Shown piece after piece: positions 30,192 through 40,598 of a DNA stretch of 64,000 nucleotides. Numbering within the stretch: position 1 is the stretch's first letter; each line of letters begins with the position of its first letter. This DNA is from Verrucomicrobiota bacterium (GTDB lineage Bacteria; Verrucomicrobiota; Verrucomicrobiia; Limisphaerales; AAA164-E04). The translations under genes and the position numbers were made by a program. Location: positions 64,001 to 128,000 of the forward strand of contig CP170459.1 in the NCBI GenBank assembly GCA_047947115.1, read 5' to 3'. The notes beneath the pieces are model-generated. The model was given only the letters and a program-made list of their open reading frames with translations. It had not been told where the DNA came from and made no database searches.

Positions 30192-31991
30192 ATGATCAAG
30201 GATGCGCTGCCATCGTTCTACGTCCAATTCAAATGCGACGTGGACGCCTCAAGAACGCCGGTGAGAAGAGTGATCGCTTTTTTGGAAAAGTGCGGTTTTG
30301 ACCTGAATGAATGCAGTGCCTGGGAGGTAGCGATTCAGGAAGGGGTCAACAACGCCATTCTGCACAGCGGTGCGGCCGAGGAATCCAACCGGCAACCAAT
30401 CGCCATTGAGGTCATGATCCGACCCGAGTATGTTGAAGTACTGGTGCATGATCACACGCAGGGATTCAGCTGGCCCATTTCCCCTTCGCTGCCCGAGCCA
30501 AACAGTGAGAATGGCCGGGGAGTGTATATGATTCAACAGTTGATGGATGATTCCGATTACCTGCGCGGAACACATTCCAACCGGCTGCTTCTTCGAAAAA
30601 ACCGGAAGCTCACCCAGGCGTTGAGCACCAAGGATGAAAAATGGAAGGACCAGATCCGAAAGTTTGAAAAGCAACTGGATGAGGCCGATTCAGCTCTTCT
30701 TTACATGCAGGAAGAACTTTCTTCTTGTTATGAAAGCCTCTCCGCTATTTTCAAATTCGGAACCGAATTGGGCAAACTGGATGATATTCAGGATTTTGCC
30801 GATCGATTATTGCATCAGTTAGCCAGTATCATGGAGGCGGATTGCTATGTGTTTCGCACTTGTGAAGAACATCGACGCACCTTGCGCACATACGCCAAGT
30901 CCTCCAATGCTTTCATCATTGAACCACTGAAATGGATTCCGGGAGAACAACAAACCCACCTGGAACCCATGGCTATCGTCAATAGGAAGGATATTTTACG
31001 GGACACCAAACTGGACCCCCTTTCACCTGGGGATCCCCTGACGATCTTTAACGCACGTTTTATCCAGGTGCATCCGATCATCATTGGCGAAGAATTGATA
31101 GGCGTGCTGAGCGTGGGGACTTCGCAATCTGAAGAACCGTTCACCTCCGCTCAAACGAATGTGATGCATACATTCGCCGATTTTCTGGCACTTCAATTGA
31201 TCAATGTTTCCAGACAGGAGGAACGTATTGAATACGGAAAGATCTCCAAGGAACTGGAAATTGCGCGCAATATCCAGAACTCCCTGCTACCGTCCGAATG
31301 GCCGGAAACAGAGCGTTTCACCTTGGCGGGAGAATGTATTACATCAAGAAATGTCAGTGGAGATTTCTTCGATGTCATCCACCATGAAACCGATCCCAAC
31401 AAGGTATTGCTGGTCATCGCAGACGTGATGGGCAAGGGTGTGCCAGCCTCCATCTTTGCCTCCATCTTTCGGAGCCTTGTCCGTGCATCAACCGAAAGTT
31501 TCACTCAACCAGCCGTTCTGATGCAACGCATCAACAAAGCCATGTTTCACGACCTGTCGGGAGTGGATATGTTTATCACGGCTCAGTTGGCATTCTGTGA
31601 TTTCGAAGAACGCATCATGCGCATCAGCAATGCAGGACACTGCCCCCTTCTCCTCACCTCAAGGGAAAGTTCGCAAAAGATCTCCTCTTTTTCCCCGGAG
31701 GGACTGCCCCTGGGGGTGGTCCGGAACCCTGAATTTGAAGAGGAGGAAATCAGCATGCCTCTTGATTGTCGTATGCTAATGTATACGGATGGCATTGTTG
31801 AAACCACAACGCGGATGGTGGGTAACGAATTGCTGGGACAAAAGAGACTGTTACGCTGGTTTGAAGATGCCAGGAAAGTGGATCAGAACGCTGATGGATT
31901 TAAAGTTTCGCTTAAAAATCTGTTGAAAGCTTATAATGGAGATCAATTGAAGGACGACCAAACTTTCATTTTATTAGTGGAGAACGTATAA
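30192..31991 (+). CDS. RsbW-like kinase-GAF-SpoIIE (PP2C) phosphatase fusion
   Basis: EGVNNAILH...ENGRGVYMIQQLMD (HATPase_c_2); ELEIARNIQNSLLP, SGDFFD, IADVMGKG, NAGH, YTDGI, DDQT. Confidence 0.9.
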   Translation: MIKDALPSFYVQFKCDVDASRTPVRRVIAFLEKCGFDLNECSAWEVAIQEGVNNAILHSGAAEESNRQPIAIEVMIRPEYVEVLVHDHTQGFSWPISPSLPEPNSENGRGVYMIQQLMDDSDYLRGTHSNRLLLRKNRKLTQALSTKDEKWKDQIRKFEKQLDEADSALLYMQEELSSCYESLSAIFKFGTELGKLDDIQDFADRLLHQLASIMEADCYVFRTCEEHRRTLRTYAKSSNAFIIEPLKWIPGEQQTHLEPMAIVNRKDILRDTKLDPLSPGDPLTIFNARFIQVHPIIIGEELIGVLSVGTSQSEEPFTSAQTNVMHTFADFLALQLINVSRQEERIEYGKISKELEIARNIQNSLLPSEWPETERFTLAGECITSRNVSGDFFDVIHHETDPNKVLLVIADVMGKGVPASIFASIFRSLVRASTESFTQPAVLMQRINKAMFHDLSGVDMFITAQLAFCDFEERIMRISNAGHCPLLLTSRESSQKISSFSPEGLPLGVVRNPEFEEEEISMPLDCRMLMYTDGIVETTTRMVGNELLGQKRLLRWFEDARKVDQNADGFKVSLKNLLKAYNGDQLKDDQTFILLVENV

Positions 31992-32362
31992 TGCACCGGA
32001 TCTTGATCGCAGACGACGAGCCTCACATGCTCAAGTTCATCGAATTCACCCTTCGAAGAGGAAACTATGAAATATTAAAAGCCAGCAATGGAGAAGAAGC
32101 TCTTGAAGTCGCTTCCGCGCAAAAGCCCAATGTCATCGTACTGGACGTGCTGATGCCCGGAATGGATGGCGTGACCGCTTTAAGGAAACTCAAGGCGGAC
32201 AATGACCTCAAACACATTCCGGTCATTCTGCTCACCGCCAGAGGTTACACACTCGATCCGGATGAAGCAAAGCGTGCCGGAGCTTCCTGCTACCTGACCA
32301 AACCGTTCAGCCCGACCGAACTAATGAGTCAGGTTAGAGAACTAGCCGAAAGCCAGGCTTGA
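31991..32362 (+). CDS. Single-domain response regulator
   Basis: ILIADDE, LDVLMPGMDG, LTA, YLTKPF. Confidence 0.95.
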   Translation: MHRILIADDEPHMLKFIEFTLRRGNYEILKASNGEEALEVASAQKPNVIVLDVLMPGMDGVTALRKLKADNDLKHIPVILLTARGYTLDPDEAKRAGASCYLTKPFSPTELMSQVRELAESQA

Positions 32363-33069
32363 GAGAACCGCCAAGGGATATGGAAATCCATATCAGAAAC
32401 CTGACATTCGCATGGCCGCACTCTGATTTCCGTCTGGAAATCCCGCACTTGAAGGTTGAAGCCGCCCGTTCCCTTGCCATCGTCGGCCCCAGTGGTTCCG
32501 GTAAATCAACATTTCTAAACCTGCTCGCAGGCATGCTTCCCTCACGCTCAGGCAGCCTACAAATCGGGGCACATTCCCTGACCGGAATGTCCGACCATCA
32601 GAGACGAACTTTCAGACAAAACAACATCGGATTTGTCTTCCAGGATTTTAAACTGGTGGAATATCTGAACGTCACCGACAACATTCTGACCCCATGGCGT
32701 TTGAAGGAATCGAACGCATTGCCGGCCGAAGCGATGCATGATCGCTTGAGCCATCTCACCACTGAGCTTGGGCTGACGCCATTCATTCATCGGCCCATTC
32801 AACGCCTCTCACAAGGCGAAAAGCAACGTGTCGCAATCGCCCGCGCCCTTTGCCTGAAGCCGGGCTTGATCCTGGCGGATGAACCCACCGGAAACCTGGA
32901 CCCTTCCAACAAGATACGGGTGCGGGATTTGCTGCAACAGGAAGCTTTAAATCTCAATGCGACTCTGGTCATGGTCACCCACGACCGGGAATTGGTGACC
33001 CCATTCGACCAGGTGATCGATTTTGAAACATTTCAACCCCGACAGCCACAAACCGCGCAGGCATCATGA
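32359..33069 (+). CDS. ABC transporter ATP-binding protein (LolD/MacB-like)
   Basis: GPSGSGKST, LSQGEKQR, ILADEPTGNLD, VTHD. Start may be ATG 32380. Confidence 0.95.
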   Translation: MREPPRDMEIHIRNLTFAWPHSDFRLEIPHLKVEAARSLAIVGPSGSGKSTFLNLLAGMLPSRSGSLQIGAHSLTGMSDHQRRTFRQNNIGFVFQDFKLVEYLNVTDNILTPWRLKESNALPAEAMHDRLSHLTTELGLTPFIHRPIQRLSQGEKQRVAIARALCLKPGLILADEPTGNLDPSNKIRVRDLLQQEALNLNATLVMVTHDRELVTPFDQVIDFETFQPRQPQTAQAS

Positions 33070-34244
33070 ATCGAAAAGTGCTATTTCTGGTCTGGCGCTA
33101 TGTCTCCTTTTATTGGGGGAAATCCACCATCCTGTTGGCGAGTCTCACTTTAACGATTCTGATGCCGACCTGCCTGAACCGCCTCACCCGGGTGTTTGAA
33201 GAAACTTTGCGAGATCGGGCCGTCACATCCCCGTTGCTCCTCGGCGTCAAAGGAAGTGATTATGATCTCACGATGCACGCCCTTTATTTCCGGTCCGACA
33301 TCCAAGCTCCATTTCAAGTACGGGTCTGGCATGATTTGTTGGCTAAAAACCGGGGCCTTTCCGCCCCCATTACCAGTCATTTCACTGCACAGTCCCAACC
33401 CATTGTTGGAACAAGCATCGAATATTTCGAGGCACGCAAGCTGAGACTAAGCCAGGGATCAATGTTTCGACATATGGGACAATGCGTTCTCGGCGCCAAA
33501 GCAGCTACCAAACTGGGTGTCGACTCGGGTGCTTCCATCATGTCCGACCCCGAAAATGTCTTTCACCTGGCAGGTGCCTATCCATTGAAAATGCAGGTCG
33601 CCGGCATTTTGGAAACAAGCCGCACACCGGACGATGAAGCGGTATTTGTCGATCTGAAGACACATTGGATTCTGGAAGGCCTGGGACATGGACACGAGGA
33701 CGTCGATTCTCTTGACGAGGACAACGGCAAGATACTCAAGCGAACGGAAAACACCGTCACAACAAGCTCCGCCATCATCCCCTATCTGAATATCAACGAA
33801 ACCAACCAGGATTCCTTTCATTTCCACGCTGATACCGAAACACTGCCCATCTCTGCCATCCTGATCTGGCCAAAGGACACCAAATCAACCGCCCTGTTGC
33901 TGGGGGAATACAACACCGCTTCCAATGATCTTCACATGATCAAACCAATTGATGTCATAGAATCCATGCTGCGTTGGGTCTTTCGGATCAAGGCATTTCT
34001 GGACGCAAATTTCATTCTTGTAGGGTTGAGCATCGGGGGCATGGCGGCCATGATTTTACTGCTGTCACTAAGGCTTAGGAACGAAGAATTCCAAACATTC
34101 GACTGCCTCGGCTGCAGCCGCACGCTCATACCTCGCCTGGTTCTGTACGAATGGGGACTTTTTCTAATCGCTGCCTGGATACTTTCCTGGATGATCACGC
34201 TGGCCATCGAACGCCTGATTCAACAAGCATGGTTAGGGGGTTGA
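33066..34244 (+). CDS. ABC transporter permease (FtsX/MacB-like)
   Basis: One N-terminal TM helix, periplasmic domain with GHGH, C-terminal TM helices. Overlaps the ATPase stop codon. Confidence 0.8.
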   Translation: MNRKVLFLVWRYVSFYWGKSTILLASLTLTILMPTCLNRLTRVFEETLRDRAVTSPLLLGVKGSDYDLTMHALYFRSDIQAPFQVRVWHDLLAKNRGLSAPITSHFTAQSQPIVGTSIEYFEARKLRLSQGSMFRHMGQCVLGAKAATKLGVDSGASIMSDPENVFHLAGAYPLKMQVAGILETSRTPDDEAVFVDLKTHWILEGLGHGHEDVDSLDEDNGKILKRTENTVTTSSAIIPYLNINETNQDSFHFHADTETLPISAILIWPKDTKSTALLLGEYNTASNDLHMIKPIDVIESMLRWVFRIKAFLDANFILVGLSIGGMAAMILLLSLRLRNEEFQTFDCLGCSRTLIPRLVLYEWGLFLIAAWILSWMITLAIERLIQQAWLGG

Positions 34245-35690
34245 GATAGCATCCGTGTATGACTTTTCAAAAAGCAAATGCCGTAAAGGCTCTTTTCCCG
34301 GTGCATCATAAGATTCCTCCAGATACCAAAGTCGAACCTGATAGGAATAAGGCCCATCACCAGCGTGTCGGAGGGATTTCTCGTGTACAACTTCCTTGAT
34401 AGTGCGCTCGACCGTCCGGTCCCATTTCAAGCCGCGAAGCTGTACTTTCAACATCCACTCCTTCCAGCGTTCACTCCTGAACATACGATCCACATCAGTT
34501 GGCTTTGACCAATTAACCGGGGCTCCCCGCCTGAACAAATCAAACCCTTTAGTATCATCCACGATCCACTGCATCACGAACCAGCCATCCCGATCAGGTG
34601 GATCGGGGGAAAACATGGACCAGGACTGCGCCAAACGACTTACCCTATACACCCATGCCATGACATCCGGGATTTTTCCCATCACGGCACTGTTTTTAAA
34701 TTGCGACGGGACCAATGCGATCTGCCAATATACCATCAAAAAAAACAAGACTGCAGCACATCCTTCACCCCAACCTCCTCCCACCCTGGCCGGTATCTTG
34801 GTTTCACCTTTGAACGATGCGGAACTCCCTGGGATCAATGCAACCAGACCAACCATCGAAATCCATGGAAACAATCCAACCGACAAAAAGCACAGAAACC
34901 CACACTGCATGAAAATTAAAGCCAGACATCCAAACCAGCGGCCCCTTTCGAACTTGCCTGCCACCAGCAGGCATGGAGCCAGACATTCAATGATCAGCGT
35001 GGCAAAAGTCAACCACTTGAGTGATTCACCGAACTGCAGCAGCCAGCGCCCTGTAGAACGCGTATAAACATCCACATTCAATGCGAGCAAAATGGCAGAA
35101 CCGTCGCGCCATGTCTCACCACTCTTGCTGAGAACCGAAGTGAAATAAATTAAACCAACCTGCAGAATCAAACCGGCTGCCGCCCATCCGTAAACTCGAT
35201 CCACCCCCGTCCAATGACATCGCTGTCGTGCATCCAAAGACCATTTTGCTCCCAATGGTAAAAACATCGCCCAAAGCAACAAGGCAGCCAGTTCACGATC
35301 CGCACCATACAATAAAACGGGGTTTCTCAACTGCAGGGAATTGACCAGCAACCAGCACACAACTGTGCTGACTCGGGTTTGAACCCCCAAAACCAACGCA
35401 ATGGCGGCCAAAGATTGAATCAGAAACAAACAAATCTGGGACGGATCAGATGCAAACCATAGATGCAATGGCAAGAGTGCCGAGAAATCGGCAAACCATA
35501 AGGCTTCCTCAACTGGAAGCAGACCGGCCTGCCCATAGTGAGCTTGAAAGGAAAAGGAACGTTGAATGAGGTCGGCGAGAACAACTCCCCCCAGCCCCAT
35601 CCGGAACAATGCCAGCATCCGCAGATCCAGATAAAATACCCGACGCAGACCATCCCCGGCGTAACGAATCATGCCGGATGGGAACTTCAT
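34233..35690 (-). CDS. HTTM-domain membrane protein
   Basis: DLRMLALFRMGLG, RNP, LPLGAKWSLD, K...WRDG.A, Q.WSMFSPDP. Confidence 0.85.
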   Translation of the reverse strand: MKFPSGMIRYAGDGLRRVFYLDLRMLALFRMGLGGVVLADLIQRSFSFQAHYGQAGLLPVEEALWFADFSALLPLHLWFASDPSQICLFLIQSLAAIALVLGVQTRVSTVVCWLLVNSLQLRNPVLLYGADRELAALLLWAMFLPLGAKWSLDARQRCHWTGVDRVYGWAAAGLILQVGLIYFTSVLSKSGETWRDGSAILLALNVDVYTRSTGRWLLQFGESLKWLTFATLIIECLAPCLLVAGKFERGRWFGCLALIFMQCGFLCFLSVGLFPWISMVGLVALIPGSSASFKGETKIPARVGGGWGEGCAAVLFFLMVYWQIALVPSQFKNSAVMGKIPDVMAWVYRVSRLAQSWSMFSPDPPDRDGWFVMQWIVDDTKGFDLFRRGAPVNWSKPTDVDRMFRSERWKEWMLKVQLRGLKWDRTVERTIKEVVHEKSLRHAGDGPYSYQVRLWYLEESYDAPGKEPLRHLLFEKSYTDAISTP

Positions 35691-35699
35691 GAAACACCT

Positions 35700-36497
35700 C
35701 TAATTGTCGCTCTGTCCAGGCAAAGTATAGGACTGAGTCAAGATCTGCAGGATCTGCTTGGATTGACTGGGCTCTTTCTTATATGCCCAGCGCGATTCCA
35801 CCACGTTGTACTCATAGCGCTGCCAACCGTCGTTTGTCTGGACAAGGATGTCTGACCATTCAAAGGTGGGGCTGGAAATATAAATGTGCTGGCCGTCCAA
35901 CTGGCTGGCAATCCAATCTTTTTTGGGATGTGGAGTGGTTCCGGTCGAGGCAAACGCTTCAATGAAAGGTTTTGCTTCGCCTTTGAACGGAACGTTGTTC
36001 AGCAGGGAAATGATGTGCTTGCAACACCGTCCGAAATGACCTTCGGGAAGCTCCGACCGACGCGCCTCCCAATCATGACAGGTACAGGAAGGGCCTTTCA
36101 AATCAATCTCATACTCGTACTGCCCCGTGGTAAAACTGGTGATGGTGGTCGTAAAAGTGAGGTTCGGTAAGGCAAATCCTTCGGGCACTTCGATATCCGA
36201 CCCGGGCAAAAGGCTGGCCGGTATTTGAACATGCTCCTTTGCCAGGTGATCGTGCCAATGAACATGAATATCCATCAGCAACTCCGCAACCTGCTGCAGC
36301 TCCAGGGAAGATATTTCGCCGTCCTTCCACACTTCCACCAGAAGCGTGGCCAGTTGTTTGCCCGGCCAGTGAAGCGTACATTCGGGGGTGGCATTCAAGA
36401 ATTCCGACAGGCGATAGACTTCATCGGAAGAAAGCTCTCCGTCGGCCAGAATGGCCTCACACATGTCGATTAGCGGCGTTGGATCGTAAGATTCCAT
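35700..36497 (-). CDS. Protein with TerB-like helical N-terminus and SWIM zinc finger
   Basis: AILADGELSSDE...WPG...DGEIS repeat; YEIDL...CTC.DW...CCKH SWIM motif. Confidence 0.65.
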   Translation of the reverse strand: MESYDPTPLIDMCEAILADGELSSDEVYRLSEFLNATPECTLHWPGKQLATLLVEVWKDGEISSLELQQVAELLMDIHVHWHDHLAKEHVQIPASLLPGSDIEVPEGFALPNLTFTTTITSFTTGQYEYEIDLKGPSCTCHDWEARRSELPEGHFGRCCKHIISLLNNVPFKGEAKPFIEAFASTGTTPHPKKDWIASQLDGQHIYISSPTFEWSDILVQTNDGWQRYEYNVVESRWAYKKEPSQSKQILQILTQSYTLPGQSDN

Positions 36498-36736
36498 GAT
36501 TTCCTTAACCTGTTGCAAATCAAAGCATGAATTCACCGAACCAACGGGCCCATCCAAGCCCCTCACAGGTTTGACAGGAAAATGGGGGAACTCTTCCGGA
36601 ATTGCAAGTCCTAAAGCCTGGGCTTCTTCTGAATCCCCTCACTCCCACTGGCTTCAAAACCGCTTTACCATTCCTGTATTCACCAGATGGATGCTTACAC
36701 ATGCAACGTGGGTCCTCTCACCAACGATTCGTCACA

Positions 36737-39241
36737 TCAGTCTCCCCAAAATATGCCTGAACATTTGACAACCTCCTGTCGAGATACCAGCTCAACGATC
36801 GGCCAATGACACGGAAGCAGCTGACGATAAACTGGTTGAGCAAATCTCGAATCAATTAACAGGGCCACTCCTCTGTCCTTTTCACTCCGAATAAGGCGCC
36901 CCACTGCCTGCAACACCTTGTTCATCCCTGGAAAACGATAGGCAAAATCAAAACCTTGCCCACACTCACCATCGAAATGTTCCCGAATCAAATCCCGCTC
37001 CATGCAAATCTGTGGCAACCCCACTCCCACAACTGCTACCCCAATCAAACGATCCCCCATCAAATCAATCCCTTCCCCGAAAATCCCCCCCATAACGGCC
37101 AGTCCAAGCCGGGTTTGCCCGTCAGCCCGTCGGAAGGAGTCCAGAAAATCCCCCCGCGCCTTCTCATCCATATCCGTTGTCTGCTCATGCAAATCGATGG
37201 ATATCCCCTCCTCTGAAGCAATCCAATCTCTCAGAACGTCTGCAACCTGTCGGAGGTATTCATAAGAAGGAAAAAATGCCAGGTAGTTCCCCACACGGCT
37301 GCCGACCAGGGCCAATAAATTTCCGGCAACATCCGGATACGTCCGGGAACGTTGACGATAAGTGGTGGCAATTCCCCGCTGAACCAGAACGGTCCACTGG
37401 GAACGCTCAAACGGAGAATCCAATCGAAGCATCTCAACACCCTCTCCGATCCCCAGCAGGCTGCGATAATAACCATCTGGAGTGAGGGTAGCTGAAAAAA
37501 ACAAAGTCGATTTGGCCCTCTTCCACGTTTTGGCCAGATCGGTTGACGGATCCAAACAATATCGATTCAGAAGAAAGTGCCTCCCGTTTCTTTGGAGGAT
37601 CAGACGGTGTCTCCGACCTTCTTCTCGAGCTGCTTTCCAGAATTGATGCACCTCAAAATACAAATCCAAAAGCTCCGGAGGAATGGAACCGGATGAAGCA
37701 TCCCTGAAGACGAGTTCTGCCCGATCGAGAAAATACCTCAACACCGCCATCCAGGACTCTGGAACCACTCTCAGCAGAACCAATCCGGAATGAACACGAC
37801 GCTCGACCTCGATGTGCCCTTGCGCCATTGCGGGCTCTGGGGACTGGATCTCCTCCCTGAACAGTTCGGTTTGCTCCATATGCGAAGCAATTGGTTTGGA
37901 TCTCCCATGTTTGTTGGCCGGTCCGAAGGCCTCTTTCATATGCTTCCACAAATCGCGCAGCAGGTTCGTGGCTTTCGGATCCCTTTTACGAAGCCATGTG
38001 ACTGCCATCGACCACTTCTCCGTATCCAAACGCTGCGAATACATTTCGCGCCCCCGGTCTGCCAGATTATGCGATTCATCCACCAACAAAGCCACCGCCA
38101 GTTTACGTGCGCCATCCTCCCCGAACATCCCCAATTGGGATCCCGGATCAAAGACGTAGTTGTAATCCCCGACGATCACGTCCACCCACGGAACCAACTC
38201 CTTGCCGAGCGCATGCGGACACACCTGAAAACGCTCTCCGAGCGCGTTGAGCCCCTCACTGTCTAGCAGGTGCGGAGCATCGAAGAGGGCTGCGTGACGC
38301 GCATCATGCAAGCGATCAAAATGACCCACCCGCTTAGCGCACTGCATGGGATCACAAACTCCGCCTTGATGACGACAAACCTTTTCTCGGGCGGTCAAGG
38401 CCAGGACCTTCAAGCGACCTCCATTGTTTTCCAAAAGTTTCAAGGAATCCAGAAACATCCGTTGACCGGGCGTCCGTGCAGAAACCGCCATGACCAGCTT
38501 GATCAGCTCTCCACTCAAAGCTTTTAACGCAGGATACAGCGCGCCCATGGTTTTCCCGATCCCGGTCGGCGCCTCCACCATCAATGCGCCGCCTTCCTGC
38601 ATGAGCCCTCCTACTGCATCCAGCATCTGCTGCTGCCCCCGCCGCACCTGATCGAAGGGAAATTCCATCGCATTTAAGGAACCATCACGATCACGACATC
38701 GATCCACATGCAATTTCAACCACTTCAAGTAAACATTCAGCGTCTCATCCAGATACCGTTCCAATTCGGCGGGCTCTGACGGCTCATCAAAGGCATGCTC
38801 GGTTTGGGTTTCCAGATGGTAGTAGGTCAGGCGAAGGTTCAGCTTATCCGCTGGATTCAAGCGATTCCAAATCCCTCCGTAGATCTTCAACTGCGCCCAA
38901 TGCAATGAGGCGGCTCTGCCGCTCCAATCTCCCGTCACGGTCTTGATCTCTTCCAGCATGCAAACGCCACCGGATTCGATCACCCCATCGATCCTTCCCC
39001 GCAAAAAAAGTTGTAAGTCTGGTTGGTTAACCTCCAATTGAAGTGGAACCTCCGCCCGATAAGCTTCCGGGCGGGAGGACTGAAGTTTCTGGTGCCCCAG
39101 AGTGCCTTCCAATGCACGACGGGGAGATGTAAAATCCAAACCGGATTTCAAATCTCCGCGACGCCAAACAAACTCCGCCAATTCCTTGACGGAGACATCA
39201 AACCGAAACGTCCTCGAGGAAGAAGGGGGTTCGGTGGACAT
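36737..39241 (-). CDS. Rad3/DinG-family Fe-S helicase with N-terminal PD-(D/E)XK (Cas4/RecB-like) nuclease domain
   Basis: GRIDG...EEIK...QLKIY; APTGIGKT; four Fe-S Cys residues; DESH; FSATL; QAVGRLIR. Confidence 0.9.
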   Translation of the reverse strand: MSTEPPSSSRTFRFDVSVKELAEFVWRRGDLKSGLDFTSPRRALEGTLGHQKLQSSRPEAYRAEVPLQLEVNQPDLQLFLRGRIDGVIESGGVCMLEEIKTVTGDWSGRAASLHWAQLKIYGGIWNRLNPADKLNLRLTYYHLETQTEHAFDEPSEPAELERYLDETLNVYLKWLKLHVDRCRDRDGSLNAMEFPFDQVRRGQQQMLDAVGGLMQEGGALMVEAPTGIGKTMGALYPALKALSGELIKLVMAVSARTPGQRMFLDSLKLLENNGGRLKVLALTAREKVCRHQGGVCDPMQCAKRVGHFDRLHDARHAALFDAPHLLDSEGLNALGERFQVCPHALGKELVPWVDVIVGDYNYVFDPGSQLGMFGEDGARKLAVALLVDESHNLADRGREMYSQRLDTEKWSMAVTWLRKRDPKATNLLRDLWKHMKEAFGPANKHGRSKPIASHMEQTELFREEIQSPEPAMAQGHIEVERRVHSGLVLLRVVPESWMAVLRYFLDRAELVFRDASSGSIPPELLDLYFEVHQFWKAAREEGRRHRLILQRNGRHFLLNRYCLDPSTDLAKTWKRAKSTLFFSATLTPDGYYRSLLGIGEGVEMLRLDSPFERSQWTVLVQRGIATTYRQRSRTYPDVAGNLLALVGSRVGNYLAFFPSYEYLRQVADVLRDWIASEEGISIDLHEQTTDMDEKARGDFLDSFRRADGQTRLGLAVMGGIFGEGIDLMGDRLIGVAVVGVGLPQICMERDLIREHFDGECGQGFDFAYRFPGMNKVLQAVGRLIRSEKDRGVALLIDSRFAQPVYRQLLPCHWPIVELVSRQEVVKCSGIFWGD

Positions 39242-39269
39242 AAGATTGGGGGTTGCTCAGCAGAGCCAA

Positions 39270-40379
39270 TCAAATGGCATCACTTGACCAAACCGGAGCA
39301 CCCAAAACATCCAATCGAGGCTCAATACCGAGCCCAGGCTGATTGGAAGCTCGCAAACGCCCCTGATCACGCTGCGGAGCGCCCGTGGCGATGGACCGGG
39401 TGACGTAGCTGTTAAAGTCCGTGCTGGTGAACAAATACTCGGTCGGTGTGCTGTGCGCAAAATGTGAAATGGCGGCGGTGATGATGTCCCCGCCCCACGA
39501 ATCTTCAATGGTCATGGCCACGCCCAGTTGAACACACAAATCACGAGCCAGACGGGCGCGGGTCAAACCACCGAATTTGCTGATCTTGATATTCACAACA
39601 TCCATGGCTATGTCCGCCTTGCCGCGCACCAACATCTCCACACCGTCCACCACTTCATCCAGAACGAATGGATGATCACAGTGACGACGTATCGACAAAC
39701 ACTCTTCGTAGGTGCGACAGGGCTGTTCAATGTAAACGTCCAGATCACGCACACCACGCACCACGCGCATCGCGCCTTCCATCAACCAACCCGTGTTGGC
39801 ATCCGCAATCAACCGGTCACCGGGTTGCAACACCGCCGCGACATGGCGGATGCGTTGAATATCCACCTCGGGATCCCCCCCAACTTTGAGCTGGAAACGA
39901 CGGTATCCTTCATCACGATATCCTTTCACGTTCTCGGCCATCTCTTCGGGAGCGGTTTGAGAAATGGCGCGATACAAATGGAAATCCTCGCCATAACGCC
40001 CCCCCATCAATTCACAAACAGGCAACCCCGTATGCCTTCCCAACAAATCCCAACACGCCATGTCGATGGCGGACTTGACCGATGGATGCCCCTTGAGAAT
40101 GGCGTCCATCAAGCCGTTCAACTTCTCCAGTTGCAGCGGATTTTCTCCGATCAATTGCGGCGCCAAAAACTGGATCCCTGCCCGACATCCCTCGGCAAAA
40201 GCAGGAAGGTAAGCTGGTCCCAATGGACATACCTCACCCCAGCCCACCAGTCCGGAATCCGTCATCACCGACACCACGGTGGAATCAAACACATCCACTG
40301 ATTTGCCCCCCGACCAACTGTATCGACCTTCCTTCAAGGGAAGATCGACCTGATACATTTCAATGCGTTTTATTTTCAT
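39270..40379 (-). CDS. Mandelate racemase/MLE-superfamily enzyme, cis-3-hydroxy-L-proline dehydratase-like
   Basis: GEVCPLGPAYLPA, FQLKVG, DAN, EQP, LDE, KISKFGG, EDSWGG. Confidence 0.8.
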   Translation of the reverse strand: MKIKRIEMYQVDLPLKEGRYSWSGGKSVDVFDSTVVSVMTDSGLVGWGEVCPLGPAYLPAFAEGCRAGIQFLAPQLIGENPLQLEKLNGLMDAILKGHPSVKSAIDMACWDLLGRHTGLPVCELMGGRYGEDFHLYRAISQTAPEEMAENVKGYRDEGYRRFQLKVGGDPEVDIQRIRHVAAVLQPGDRLIADANTGWLMEGAMRVVRGVRDLDVYIEQPCRTYEECLSIRRHCDHPFVLDEVVDGVEMLVRGKADIAMDVVNIKISKFGGLTRARLARDLCVQLGVAMTIEDSWGGDIITAAISHFAHSTPTEYLFTSTDFNSYVTRSIATGAPQRDQGRLRASNQPGLGIEPRLDVLGAPVWSSDAI

Positions 40380-40407
40380 ACTTTGAAAAAGCTAATCCTC
40401 ATAATGG

Positions 40408-40581
40408 TTTGATGTTTTAACCGCAGATGTCACAGATGGCCGCAGATTGAGACTCTTCTGACACAGGACGGCCCTAAACAGGAATTAATATTCCGGATAC
40501 TAAACCGACTACACACAGTCTCGGAATCACCATTTTTACATCTGCGTGAATCTGCCTGACATCTGCGGTTAAAACATCAAA
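40408..40581. repeat. 174-bp MITE/REPIN-like element with perfect 25-bp inverted repeats
   Basis: TTTGATGTTTTAACCGCAGATGTCA (40408-40432) is the exact reverse complement of 40557-40581. Internal CAGAT/ATCTG periodic subrepeats. Confidence 0.75.
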
Positions 40582-40598
40582 AAAAACGAAAGGCGGCC

